A DNA stretch of 64,000 nt from Spirochaetia bacterium (GCA_965225855.1 CBDDCK010000005.1:768001-832000); one strand, 5' to 3'; positions 10,218 through 19,726 are shown, counted from the stretch's first letter. Translations and numbers: made by a program. The notes: generated from the sequence alone by a model not told the origin.

Positions 10218-10249
10218 AAGAGGACGACATTGTGCTAGACTTTTGTTTG
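10217..10249 (+). pseudogene. Fragment of a mod motif I region
   Basis: Reads KEDDIVLDFCL; 18 bp GTGCTAGACTTTTGTTTG are identical to mod1. Confidence 0.65.
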
Positions 10250-10300
10250 ATCAATACCAATAGCCTCTGCTCCAAAATTATTTGCGCCAAACCACCCCGG

Positions 10301-10432
10301 CTAAATACGCAAAGCGCCCCGGCTAAATACGCTTAGAGCTTGGGCTAAATACGGGAAGAGCCCGCCTTAAATACGGGAATAACTTTGGTTAAATACGGGA
10401 ATAAGTTTGACGCAATACGCAAATAAATTATA
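10301..10432 (+). repeat. 22-bp tandem repeat array 3 (6 units)
   Basis: Units start at 10301, 10323, 10345, 10367, 10389, 10411. Confidence 0.95.
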
Positions 10433-10434
10433 GT
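10407..10434 (+). promoter_or_regulatory. Putative sigma70 promoter of mod2
   Basis: TTGACG-16 nt-TATAGT. Confidence 0.6.
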
Positions 10435-10462
10435 TATACAGTATAAACAAATAGGAGAAACC

Positions 10463-12409
10463 ATGAAGACCCCAGCCCTAAGCCTAGAATCCTTAAAAAC
10501 TTTGCTACAAGCCCAGCCGCACTATGTAGACCCAGAAGGCGAGCTCAACACGGCTTTATTGTATAAGCTAGCCCAGCAGTGCCAGCGCAATTTGCTAGAA
10601 TTGTTGTTTGCGGACACGGCCGCGCGCAAGGCGTTTTTCTTGCAGCAGGGCGGGGTTACGGTGTTTGTGCGCGACCATTTTATCGACTACATACAGCACA
10701 AACGCTTTGTAGCCAACAGCTACACCGCCTATAAAAACAAAATCGGCTTGCACGATGAGCACGACTATCTAAAGAAAAGCCAAGATATTGTGCTGGCCTT
10801 TCCGTTTAAAGACTGCGTACTGGAGGGTGGCCAAACTAAAGACGATGCCAAACGCAGCGAACGCTACTACCACCGCATACTGGCGATAGAGGAACTTGAC
10901 CGCTTGCTGGACCCCAAAGTGCTAACTAACGCGCGCCGCTACACTAAGGAGGGCCTAAGCGAATGTAGGGAATTTACCCGCAGCCCAAGCAATAATACCA
11001 TTAGCGACAATTTGATTATCAAGGGCAACAACCTTATCGCCTTGCACAGCATCAAGGAACAATTTGCCAAAAAAGTAAAGCTGATCTATATCGACCCGCC
11101 ATATAATCCTCAAAGCCCCAATAATACTTTTTGCTACAATAATAATTTTAACCGTTCTACTTGGTTAGTGTTTATGAAAAATCGCTTGGAAGTAGCCAAG
11201 CAATTATTGACAGAAGACGGAGCGATAATTATTGCCATTGATGACAATGAAAGGGATTATTTGGGCGTTTTGTTAAGAGAATTATTTCATGAAGACCAAC
11301 ACGAAACCCATTGTATTACCATTGTGCACAACCCTCGTGGGGTACAAGGCACAAATTTTTCTTATACCCATGAATACGCATTCTTTGTAATACCCAAAGG
11401 AAAAAAGACTATTATAAACCAAAAAATAGCAGCAGAAAATATTACTTTTAGAGGTTTACGAGACAATGGCGGTATAAGTTTAAGAAGTGATGCTAAGAAT
11501 TGTTTTTATCCGATTATAGTAGATAAACAGAGCAAGCAAGTTATTGGCTTTGGGGCAGTCTGTGAAGATAGCTTTTCTCCCAAAGCGCGCATGATAGAAC
11601 ATGCCGATACGTATGCTATTTATCCGGTAGATGATGGCGGCGTAGAACGCAAATGGCGGTATGCCTATCAATCGGTAGCCAAAGTAAAGCACTTGTTGCG
11701 TGCTAGAGAAGTAAAAGGTATATGGGATATTCAAATAGGCAAAGACTTTCGCCAATACCCAACGGTATGGCAAAATACCAAATATGATGCCAATGAATAC
11801 GGCACGAAACTGATTAAATCTTTAGTGCCCAATGCCAGCTTTGACTTTCCCAAATCTTTATGGACTGTGTACGACTGCCTCTATGCTGTTGTCGGAGAAG
11901 ATAAAAATGCGATTGTTTTAGATTATCATGCGGGTAGTGGCACAACCGCACACGCTGTATTGGAATTAAATAAACAAGACAACGGCAATCGGCAATTTAT
12001 ACTTTGTGAACAAATGGACTATATAGAAAATGTAACCAGTCAAAGAATCCAAGCTGTATTAAAGCAAGAAAATATAGATAACAGCTTTGTCTATTTGGAG
12101 CTAAAACAGCACAACCAAGGCTTTATACAGCGTATTACCGAGGCCACCACCCAAGCGCAACTTAGCGCAATACAGCAAGAGTTACTGCAAAACCCCGATT
12201 TGGACTACCGCCTGAATACCGAAGCCGTGCAACAAAGCACCGAAGATTTTGCTGCGCTAAGCCTAGACAATCAAAGGCAAATATTGATAGACTTTTTGGA
12301 ACTCAACCAATTGTATGTGCCGTATAGCGAGCGCAAAGATACGCGCTTTCATTGCACGGACCAAGAAATACCACTAAGCGAAAGTTTTTACAACGGAGGC
12401 CAAGCATGA
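10463..12409 (+). CDS. mod: Type III Mod-like methyltransferase (copy 2)
   Basis: DPPYN and LDYHAGSGTT; N- and C-termini near-identical to copy 1, central part unrelated. Confidence 0.9.
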   Translation: MKTPALSLESLKTLLQAQPHYVDPEGELNTALLYKLAQQCQRNLLELLFADTAARKAFFLQQGGVTVFVRDHFIDYIQHKRFVANSYTAYKNKIGLHDEHDYLKKSQDIVLAFPFKDCVLEGGQTKDDAKRSERYYHRILAIEELDRLLDPKVLTNARRYTKEGLSECREFTRSPSNNTISDNLIIKGNNLIALHSIKEQFAKKVKLIYIDPPYNPQSPNNTFCYNNNFNRSTWLVFMKNRLEVAKQLLTEDGAIIIAIDDNERDYLGVLLRELFHEDQHETHCITIVHNPRGVQGTNFSYTHEYAFFVIPKGKKTIINQKIAAENITFRGLRDNGGISLRSDAKNCFYPIIVDKQSKQVIGFGAVCEDSFSPKARMIEHADTYAIYPVDDGGVERKWRYAYQSVAKVKHLLRAREVKGIWDIQIGKDFRQYPTVWQNTKYDANEYGTKLIKSLVPNASFDFPKSLWTVYDCLYAVVGEDKNAIVLDYHAGSGTTAHAVLELNKQDNGNRQFILCEQMDYIENVTSQRIQAVLKQENIDNSFVYLELKQHNQGFIQRITEATTQAQLSAIQQELLQNPDLDYRLNTEAVQQSTEDFAALSLDNQRQILIDFLELNQLYVPYSERKDTRFHCTDQEIPLSESFYNGGQA

Positions 12410-13506
12410 ATAACCGTGAAATAGAACAGTATACAAGGATTATTGACGACCCCAATTCTACCAATGAACAGAAGGCGGAGGTGTATATAGATAGGGGGCT
12501 TACTTATGCTATACAAGGGGAATTTGTAAAAGCGATAGCGGATTTTACAGAGGCTATAGGGCTAGCAACAGATAATGAAACGAAAGCAAATGTATATTTA
12601 GACAGAGGGCTTACTTACAGCAAACAAGGAAAATACCAGCAAGCGATAGCCGACTTTAACCAAGCCATTGAGTTAGCAACAGATAATGAAACGAAAGCAA
12701 AGGTTTATAACAACAGAGGAGCTATTTACAGCGAACAAGGAGAATACCAGCTAGCGCTAGCGGATTTTACCCAGGCCATTAAGCGATATACGGATAATAA
12801 CGACAAAGCCAATGCGTATATCAACAGAGGCGTTGCTTATGATGAACAAGAAAAATATCCAGAGGCCATAGCCGACTATAAAAATGCCTTAAACTTAAAC
12901 CCAAAACTTAAAGAAGCAAGAATAAATCTAGCTATAGCCGAAGTAAAAGAAAAACAAGCAAAATTTGACCGTTTATCTGGGGAGGCTCGCAGTTTTGGGT
13001 TGGCAAAAGAATATCAAGAGGAACAAGATAAACTAAACAAATATGTGAAGAAATGTACAAAATGGTTTATAGTAGGAATAGGAGCGCTAATCGTTGTAGT
13101 CTTATTGCAGATTACAGTAGGAATATTATCACTATTTGGTGTAACTTTCTGGCGGATCGATTGGAGTAAGATTTCTTTTAGTCTTACGACTATACTCACT
13201 ACCTTGCCTTTGCTTGCCCCCATAATATGGCTTACCAGTTTCTTTGCCAAACGCAGGAGCGAGGCCAATATGCTTTTGCAAGAATATAGCCACAAAACCA
13301 TATTTGCCAAATCGTATATTGCCTATAAACAGGAAATAGAAAAGCTAGAAAGCCCAGACTCGAACCTACAGCCCAAGTTATTAGAAGCAATGATAGAGAC
13401 ACTAAAACGCAGCCCGACAACTATTTTTAGCAAAAAACACTCCAGCGACTTACCGATTGAAGAGCTAAAGCAAATAATCGAGCTTGCCAAAACACTAAAA
13501 AGTTAG
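12406..13506 (+). CDS. TPR + coiled-coil + 2TM protein
   Basis: Start MNNREIE at the ATGA overlap; about 5 TPRs, then two hydrophobic segments and an EYSHK..AKSY tail. Confidence 0.85.
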   Translation: MNNREIEQYTRIIDDPNSTNEQKAEVYIDRGLTYAIQGEFVKAIADFTEAIGLATDNETKANVYLDRGLTYSKQGKYQQAIADFNQAIELATDNETKAKVYNNRGAIYSEQGEYQLALADFTQAIKRYTDNNDKANAYINRGVAYDEQEKYPEAIADYKNALNLNPKLKEARINLAIAEVKEKQAKFDRLSGEARSFGLAKEYQEEQDKLNKYVKKCTKWFIVGIGALIVVVLLQITVGILSLFGVTFWRIDWSKISFSLTTILTTLPLLAPIIWLTSFFAKRRSEANMLLQEYSHKTIFAKSYIAYKQEIEKLESPDSNLQPKLLEAMIETLKRSPTTIFSKKHSSDLPIEELKQIIELAKTLKS

Positions 13507-13532
13507 CGTTGCCTTTCAAGAAATAGCCTGCC

Positions 13533-13664
13533 CTAAATACGCTTAGAGCTTGGGCTAAATACGGTCAGAGCCTGCCCTAAATACGGGAAGAGCTTGGGCT
13601 AAATACGGGGAGAGCCCGCCCTAAATACGGGGAGAGCTTGGCCACTGTAGGCAAATAAATTATA
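13533..13664 (+). repeat. 22-bp tandem repeat array 4 (5 units plus a degenerate one)
   Basis: Units start at 13533, 13555, 13577, 13599, 13621; endings alternate gcttggg and gccYgcc. Confidence 0.95.
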
Positions 13665-13694
13665 GTTATACAGTATAAACAAATGGGAGAAATC

Positions 13695-15668
13695 ATGAAA
13701 ACCCCACCCCTAAGCCTAGAATCCTTAAAAGCTTTGCTACAAGCCCAGCCGCACTATGTAGACCCAGAAGGTGAACTGAACACGGCTTTATTGCACCAGC
13801 TAGCGCAGCAGTGCCAGCGCAATTTGCTGGAATTATTGTTTGATAATAGCGCTACCCGGCAGGCGTTCTTTTTTGAGCACGAAGGGCACAGCGTATTTGT
13901 GCGCGACCATTTTATCGACTACATACAGCACAAACGCTTTGTGGCCAATAGCTACACCGCCTATCGTAATAAAATTGGCTTGCACGATGGCCAAGACTAC
14001 CTAAAGAAAAACAAGGATATTGTACTGGCCTTTCCATTTAAAGACTGCGTTTTGGAAGGCGGTCAAAGCAAAAGCGAGGCCAAACGCAGCGAACGCTACT
14101 ACCACCGCATACTGGCGATAGAGGAACTTGACCGCTTGCTGGAGCCCAAAGTGCTGTGCAACGCGCGCCGCTACACTAAGGAGGGCCCAAGCGAATGTAG
14201 GGACTTTACCCGCAATAACAGCAATAATACCATTAGCGACAATTTGATTATCAAGGGCAACAATTTAATTGCCTTGCACAGCATCAACGAACAATTTGCC
14301 AAAAAAGTAAAGCTGATCTATATCGACCCGCCGTACAACACCGGCAACGATAGCTTTTTGTACAACGACAATTTTAACCATTCTACTTGGCTAGTATTTA
14401 TCAAAAACCGTCTGGAAATAGCGCGCAAGCTATTGCGAGGGGACGGGGTGATTTTTGTGCAGTGTGATGATAACGAAATGGCTTATTTAAAGGTGTTGAT
14501 GGACGAAGTCTTTGGACGGGAGAATTTTGTCAGTACCATCACCACAAGAGCAACGCCGAATGCCAGAGACTATGGATTGATTGCGCAAATGCATGAATTT
14601 ATTTTGTTTTATGCAAACGATGTTGTTCGAGCAAATACCAATTTAATCGATATGGAGGACAACCATCAGAAAGGCTTTTGTTATACAGACCAAAAAGGAG
14701 AATTTAATATCCATCCTCTGTATAACAGTAATGTCAATTTTCATATTGACAATAGACCAAACTTATTTTACCCATTCTACCTAAATACTCATAAAACAGA
14801 TCAAAACGGCTTCTTTGAAATTTCTTTGGAAAAACAAAGTGGTTGTATCGAAATTTACCCACCAAAATCCCAAAAGGATAGTGTTCAGTTGGTCTGGCGA
14901 TGGGGCAAAGAAAAATCTTTAGCAAATATTAACAAAGAAATTGTCGGTTATCAAACAAGACAAGGTCTATTTAGAATTGTGCAAAAAATGCGTGGAGATA
15001 AACAGCTTGCTAGAACTATATGGTTTGATACAAGTATTTCGAATAGAAGAGCTACAGAAGATTTACAAAAGCTGTTTGCGGAAAAAGTCTTTGCCTATCC
15101 CAAGCCGGAAGGGCTGTTACAAAGAATTATCGAGATTGCCACTAAGGAAGGCGACCTAGTTTTGGACTTTTGTTTGGGCAGCGGCACGACTGCGGCGGTG
15201 GCCCACAAAATGGGCCGGCAATATATCGGCATAGAACAAATGGACTATATACAAACTATTGCGGTAGAGCGCCTTGCCAAAGTAATTGCCGGCGAGCAGG
15301 GCGGTATCAGCAAAAATGTGGGCTGGGCCGGCGGTGGCAGCTTTGTCTATTTGGAGCTGAAAGCACACAACCAAGCTTTTATACAGCGTATTACCGAGGC
15401 CAGCAGCCAAGCGCAACTTAGCGAAATCCAGCAAGAGTTACTACAAAACCTCGATTTGGACTACCGCCTAAATACCGAAGCCGTGCAACAAAGCGCCGAA
15501 GATTTTGCCGCGCTAAGCCTAGAAAAGCAAAGGCAAATATTGATAGACTTTTTGGAACTCAACCAATTATATGTGCCGTATAGCGAGCGCAAAGACACCC
15601 GCTTTAGCTGCACACAACAAGAAATACCACTAAGCGAAAGTTTTTACAACGGAGGAAACCATGAATAA
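13695..15668 (+). CDS. mod: Type III Mod-like methyltransferase (copy 3)
   Basis: DPPYN and LDFCLGSGTT; start MKTPPL chosen by comparison with the paralogs. Confidence 0.9.
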   Translation: MKTPPLSLESLKALLQAQPHYVDPEGELNTALLHQLAQQCQRNLLELLFDNSATRQAFFFEHEGHSVFVRDHFIDYIQHKRFVANSYTAYRNKIGLHDGQDYLKKNKDIVLAFPFKDCVLEGGQSKSEAKRSERYYHRILAIEELDRLLEPKVLCNARRYTKEGPSECRDFTRNNSNNTISDNLIIKGNNLIALHSINEQFAKKVKLIYIDPPYNTGNDSFLYNDNFNHSTWLVFIKNRLEIARKLLRGDGVIFVQCDDNEMAYLKVLMDEVFGRENFVSTITTRATPNARDYGLIAQMHEFILFYANDVVRANTNLIDMEDNHQKGFCYTDQKGEFNIHPLYNSNVNFHIDNRPNLFYPFYLNTHKTDQNGFFEISLEKQSGCIEIYPPKSQKDSVQLVWRWGKEKSLANINKEIVGYQTRQGLFRIVQKMRGDKQLARTIWFDTSISNRRATEDLQKLFAEKVFAYPKPEGLLQRIIEIATKEGDLVLDFCLGSGTTAAVAHKMGRQYIGIEQMDYIQTIAVERLAKVIAGEQGGISKNVGWAGGGSFVYLELKAHNQAFIQRITEASSQAQLSEIQQELLQNLDLDYRLNTEAVQQSAEDFAALSLEKQRQILIDFLELNQLYVPYSERKDTRFSCTQQEIPLSESFYNGGNHE

Positions 15669-16737
15669 CCGTGACATAGAACGATACACAGAGATTATTG
15701 AAAACTCGAATTTTTCAGATAAAGAGAGGGTAAAAGCGTATAACAACAGAGGCAATGCTTACAGGAGACAAAAAGAATATGAGCCCGCAATAGCGGATTT
15801 TATAGAGGCTATTGCGTTAGCAACAGATAATGAAACAAAAGCAATTGCGTATTTCAACAGAAGCTTTGCGTACTTTCAGCAAAAGAAATACGAGCTAGCG
15901 ATAAAGGACTTTACGCAAACCATTGATTTATTTACATATAGTAACCAAATGATACAGCGAGTGTTAAGAGAAGCTAAGACAAACTTTGATAATCGAGATT
16001 ATAGTGAAGCGATAGAAAAATATCAAAATATAATTCCTTCCTTAAAAGAGAATGAGGTTGGGAAAAAAGCGTATCAAGGGAGAAGTGATTCATATTTAAA
16101 ATTGGGAAAGCATAATGAGTCGATAGCCGATCATAAAAAGGCCATAGACTTAGATAGGCAATTAGAATCAGCAAAACTTTATTTGTGCCTTGCAGAAACA
16201 AAAAAGGCAGTAGAAGAAAGCAATAAGGTAAAAGAGGAATTTCAAAGCTTATATGGAGATGCCGGCAGTATTGGGCTGGCAACAGGATATGAAAAGCAAC
16301 AAGATAAACTAAATAAATATGTGAAGAAATGTACGATATGGTTTATAGTAGGAATAGGAGCGCTAATCGCTGTAGCTTTATGGCAGATATTTTGCAATAA
16401 GGATTCTTTTAGTCTTACTACTATACTCACCGCCTTGCCTTTGCTTGCCCCCATAATATGGCTTACCAGTTTCTTTGCCAAACGCAGGAGCGAGGCCAAT
16501 ATGCTTTTGCAAGAATATAGCCACAAAACCATATTTGCCAAATCTTATAGTGCTTATAAACAGGAAATAGAAAACCTAAAAAGCCCAGACTTGAACCTAC
16601 AGCCCAAGCTATTAGCAGCAATGATAGACACCATAAAACACAGCCCGAAAACTATTTTTAGCAAAAAACACTCCAGCGACTTACCGATTGAAGAGCTAAA
16701 GCAAATAATCGAGCTTGCTAAAACATTAAAAAGTTAG
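15661..16737 (+). CDS. TPR + coiled-coil + 2TM protein (paralog of 12406-13506)
   Basis: Different TPR set; C-terminal region near-identical to the paralog; overlaps the mod3 stop. Confidence 0.85.
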   Translation: MNNRDIERYTEIIENSNFSDKERVKAYNNRGNAYRRQKEYEPAIADFIEAIALATDNETKAIAYFNRSFAYFQQKKYELAIKDFTQTIDLFTYSNQMIQRVLREAKTNFDNRDYSEAIEKYQNIIPSLKENEVGKKAYQGRSDSYLKLGKHNESIADHKKAIDLDRQLESAKLYLCLAETKKAVEESNKVKEEFQSLYGDAGSIGLATGYEKQQDKLNKYVKKCTIWFIVGIGALIAVALWQIFCNKDSFSLTTILTALPLLAPIIWLTSFFAKRRSEANMLLQEYSHKTIFAKSYSAYKQEIENLKSPDLNLQPKLLAAMIDTIKHSPKTIFSKKHSSDLPIEELKQIIELAKTLKS

Positions 16738-16785
16738 CGTTGTCTTTCAAGAAATAGCCCGGGCGATTCAGGCCAAGCGCCCCGG

Positions 16786-16917
16786 CTAAATACGGGAAGC
16801 GCCCGCCTTAAATACGGGGAGAGCCGAAGCTAAATACGGGAAGCGCCCGCCCTAAATACGCTTAGAGCTTGGGCTAAATACGGGAAGAGCCCGCCCTAAA
16901 TACGCTTAGAGCTTGGC
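16786..16917 (+). repeat. 22-bp tandem repeat array 5 (6 units)
   Basis: Units start at 16786, 16808, 16830, 16852, 16874, 16896. Confidence 0.95.
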
Positions 16918-16969
16918 CACTGTAGATAAATTGATTATGATTATACACTATAACTAAATAGGAGAAACC

Positions 16970-17137
16970 ATGAAGACCCCACCCCTAAGCCTAGAAAGTC
17001 AAAAGAAAATACTTGTCGGCTTTTGGGAACTCAATCAATTATATGTTCCCTACACCGAACGCAAGGACACGCGCTTTAACTGCACGGACCAAGAAATTAC
17101 CCTAAGCGAGAATTTTTGTATGGGAGGCCAAGCATGA
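16970..17137 (+). pseudogene. In-frame internally deleted mini-mod (55 aa)
   Basis: MKTPPLSLE (mod N-terminus) fused to SQKKILVGFWELNQLYVPYTERKDTRF...GGQA (mod C-terminus). Confidence 0.9.
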
Positions 17138-18170
17138 GCAACAAAGAAATAGAACGGTACACACAAATTATTGAAACCCCAATTCTACCAATGAAGAGAG
17201 GGCGGTGGCGTATGGTGGTAAAGGGATTACTTATTTTCAACAAAAAGAATACGAGCCCGCCATAGCCGACTTTAACCAAGCCATTGAGTTATTTACAGAT
17301 AATAACGACAAAGCAATAGCTTATACCAACAGAGGCAATGCTTATAAAGAACAAAAAGAATACGAGCCCGCCATAGCGGACTTTAACCAAGCCATTGAGT
17401 TATTTACAGATAACAACGACAAAGCAATAGCTTATACCAACAGAGGCGCTGCGTACTTTGAACAAGGAGAATACCAGCTAGCAATAGCGGATTTTACCCA
17501 GGCCATTGGGCTAGCTGTAGATAATAACCTTAAAGCAATGGCATATATTGACAAAGGAACTGCTTACGAACAACAAGAACAATACGAGCCCGCCATAGCG
17601 GACTTTACCCAAGCCATTCATTTATACAGAGATAACAACGAAAAAGCAAAGGCTTATAACGGCAGAGGCCTTACTTATGGGAAACAAGAACAATACGAGC
17701 CCGCCATAGCGGACTACACACAGGCCATTGAGCGATATATGGATAATAACTTTAAAGCAAAGGCCTATAACAACAGAGGCTATGCTTACGGAGAACAAGA
17801 AAAATACCAACAAGCGATAGCGGACTACACACAGGCCATTGGCTTATTTACAGACAATAACGACAAAGCAAAGGCCTATAATAACAGAGGCTATGCTTAC
17901 GGAGAACAAGAAAAATACCAACAAGCGATAGCGGACTACACACAGGCCATTGGCTTATTTACAGACAATAACGACAAAGCAAAGGCCTATAACAACAGAG
18001 GCTATGCTTACGGAGAACAAAAAGAATACGAGCTAGCGATAGCGGACTTTACCCAAGCCATTCATTTATACAGAGATAACAACGACAAAGCAAAGGCCTA
18101 TAATAACAGAGGCCTTACTTATGGGAAACAAGAAAAATATGATAATGAAGGAAATAAAGAAGAATCTTAA
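17134..18170 (+). pseudogene. Frameshifted and truncated TPR gene
   Basis: Starts MSNKEIERYTQIIE; one-base shift near 17175 versus paralogs; ORF 17205-18170 carries about 8 TPRs. Confidence 0.8.
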
Positions 18171-18552
18171 AATAATTAAGAGAAAAAGAGCCGAATGTAT
18201 ACCCAAAAAGTTTAGAGTTACTAAGCGGTTTGCACTATTTGATAAAAGATGCCAGCTATGCCTACGAACAAGAATACCGTTTCGTGTGTTTTGCCAGCAC
18301 AGAACATATGCCCGAGATATTACAAAGAGAAAACCAGACCAAGAGCCAAAAGATACCCAAGACCATAGCTGCTCTCGTATTTATGTAGAAACCGATATAC
18401 TAGAAAAGTTATCCGCGGTGCTAACGGCCCCGAAAATAGAAAAGGCAAAAGTCCTAGATATACAGTATTTTTTGCATTGGTATACAAAGTCGGGCCAATT
18501 CTCCAAACAAGAACAATTGCCTGTATATACAAGCCGTATTCCGTACCGCTAG
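18145..18552 (+). pseudogene. 3' remnant of the DUF2971-like gene
   Basis: QEPKDTQDHS.SRIYVETDIL...LPVYTS.IPYR is near-identical to 4633-5790; 5' part missing and frameshifted. Confidence 0.85.
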
Positions 18553-18826
18553 CTTGCCGCCCGGCCCGGCCTGCACTTGACTGCACGCAAAAAATATATA
18601 CACAACAACTCAAGAAATTCCCCTAGGCAAAGCGTTTTACTGCCAAGCTCCTAAGTTTTGAATACTTAAAAGATTGACTAAAGACAAAGTCCCTTGTTCA
18701 ATTTAGTTTTTTGCTGCTGCATATAAACCTTGTATAAATACGAAACTATTGATATATTCAAGCCGTTATAATTCTTTTACTTTTTTGATCTTTGTACTTT
18801 TTTGAACCATTTTAAGGAGTTTATCT

Positions 18827-19726
18827 ATGGCGGTACATAAAATCCAAAACGAAGAGCTTTCTGTTGAAGTTTCTACTCTTGGGGCAGAACTTTATTCGAT
18901 TAATCACCAAGGCACAGAGTATCTGTGGCCAGGCAACCCCGAAACTTGGAATGGCAGGGCTCCTATTTTATTCCCAATTATTGGGCCCTTATTGAATGGT
19001 AGCTACCAATTAGATGGCAAAAGTTACCAAATGGGGCAACATGGTTTTGCCCGCCACAGTGAATGGCAACTTATTCAAAGCGAAACAGATTTCCTACTTT
19101 TTTCCCTAAAGGAAAACGAACAAATCCAGAAGCTCTACCCTTTTGCTTTCTATTTAGAAGCAGGTTATCGTATTGTAAATAATAAACTAGAATGTAGTTA
19201 TCGGGTTAATAATCAATCGGCAATTGACATGCCTTTTGCCATCGGCAGTCATACGGCATTCCGAGTGCCGATTGACCCTTCATTAAACTTTAGCGACTAT
19301 GAATTAGAGTTTGAAAAACAAGAGGATACAGTCCGATATTTGCAAATCAGTGGAGGGCCTTTAAGCGGTGAAACGGTAGCATTTCGTACCCAAAACCGTA
19401 AGCTGCCTTTAGAGCATAGTTTTTTTGCCAATAGTTCTATTGTTTTTAAAGAATTAGCCTCGGAGCGCATTACGATTCAAAGTCCGAAAGACAAAGAAAA
19501 CCGTAAAGCTTCCATTTCTTTTGCTGGCTTTCCCTACTGTACATTGTGGACGTATTTTCACCGTAGTGAACCTTATTTGTGTATTGAACCTTGGTATGGT
19601 GTTACCCCAACAGTGGGCAGCAGTACAGACATGCGCGAGCGTGAAGGGAATTTGTGTTTAAAGCCCAAACAAGAATTTTCTTGTCAATTCCAAATTGCAC
19701 TTGGTTCAGTTAATTGTTTTAGTTAA
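18827..19726 (+). CDS. Aldose 1-epimerase family protein (LacX-like)
   Basis: APILFPIIG, HGFAR, LCIEPWYG. Confidence 0.88.
   Translation: MAVHKIQNEELSVEVSTLGAELYSINHQGTEYLWPGNPETWNGRAPILFPIIGPLLNGSYQLDGKSYQMGQHGFARHSEWQLIQSETDFLLFSLKENEQIQKLYPFAFYLEAGYRIVNNKLECSYRVNNQSAIDMPFAIGSHTAFRVPIDPSLNFSDYELEFEKQEDTVRYLQISGGPLSGETVAFRTQNRKLPLEHSFFANSSIVFKELASERITIQSPKDKENRKASISFAGFPYCTLWTYFHRSEPYLCIEPWYGVTPTVGSSTDMREREGNLCLKPKQEFSCQFQIALGSVNCFS

Noticed and set aside
12352..12405. Longer ORF-track starts (also 13683, 24215, 29000, 35165, 36053, 50615, 57168, 60031)
   Set aside because: Paralog alignment, RBS position or overlap with neighbours favours the downstream ATG
1209..15668. Classical SSR phase-variable mod (phasevarion)
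   Set aside because: No long simple-sequence tract seen in the mod ORFs; all three are in frame
1069..16917. 22-bp arrays as CRISPR arrays
   Set aside because: Units abut with no unique spacers, the variable halves recur between arrays, and no cas genes are present
1..18600. Prophage, integron or ICE call for the island
   Set aside because: No integrase, structural genes, attC-like sites or att duplication visible; the left boundary lies outside the window
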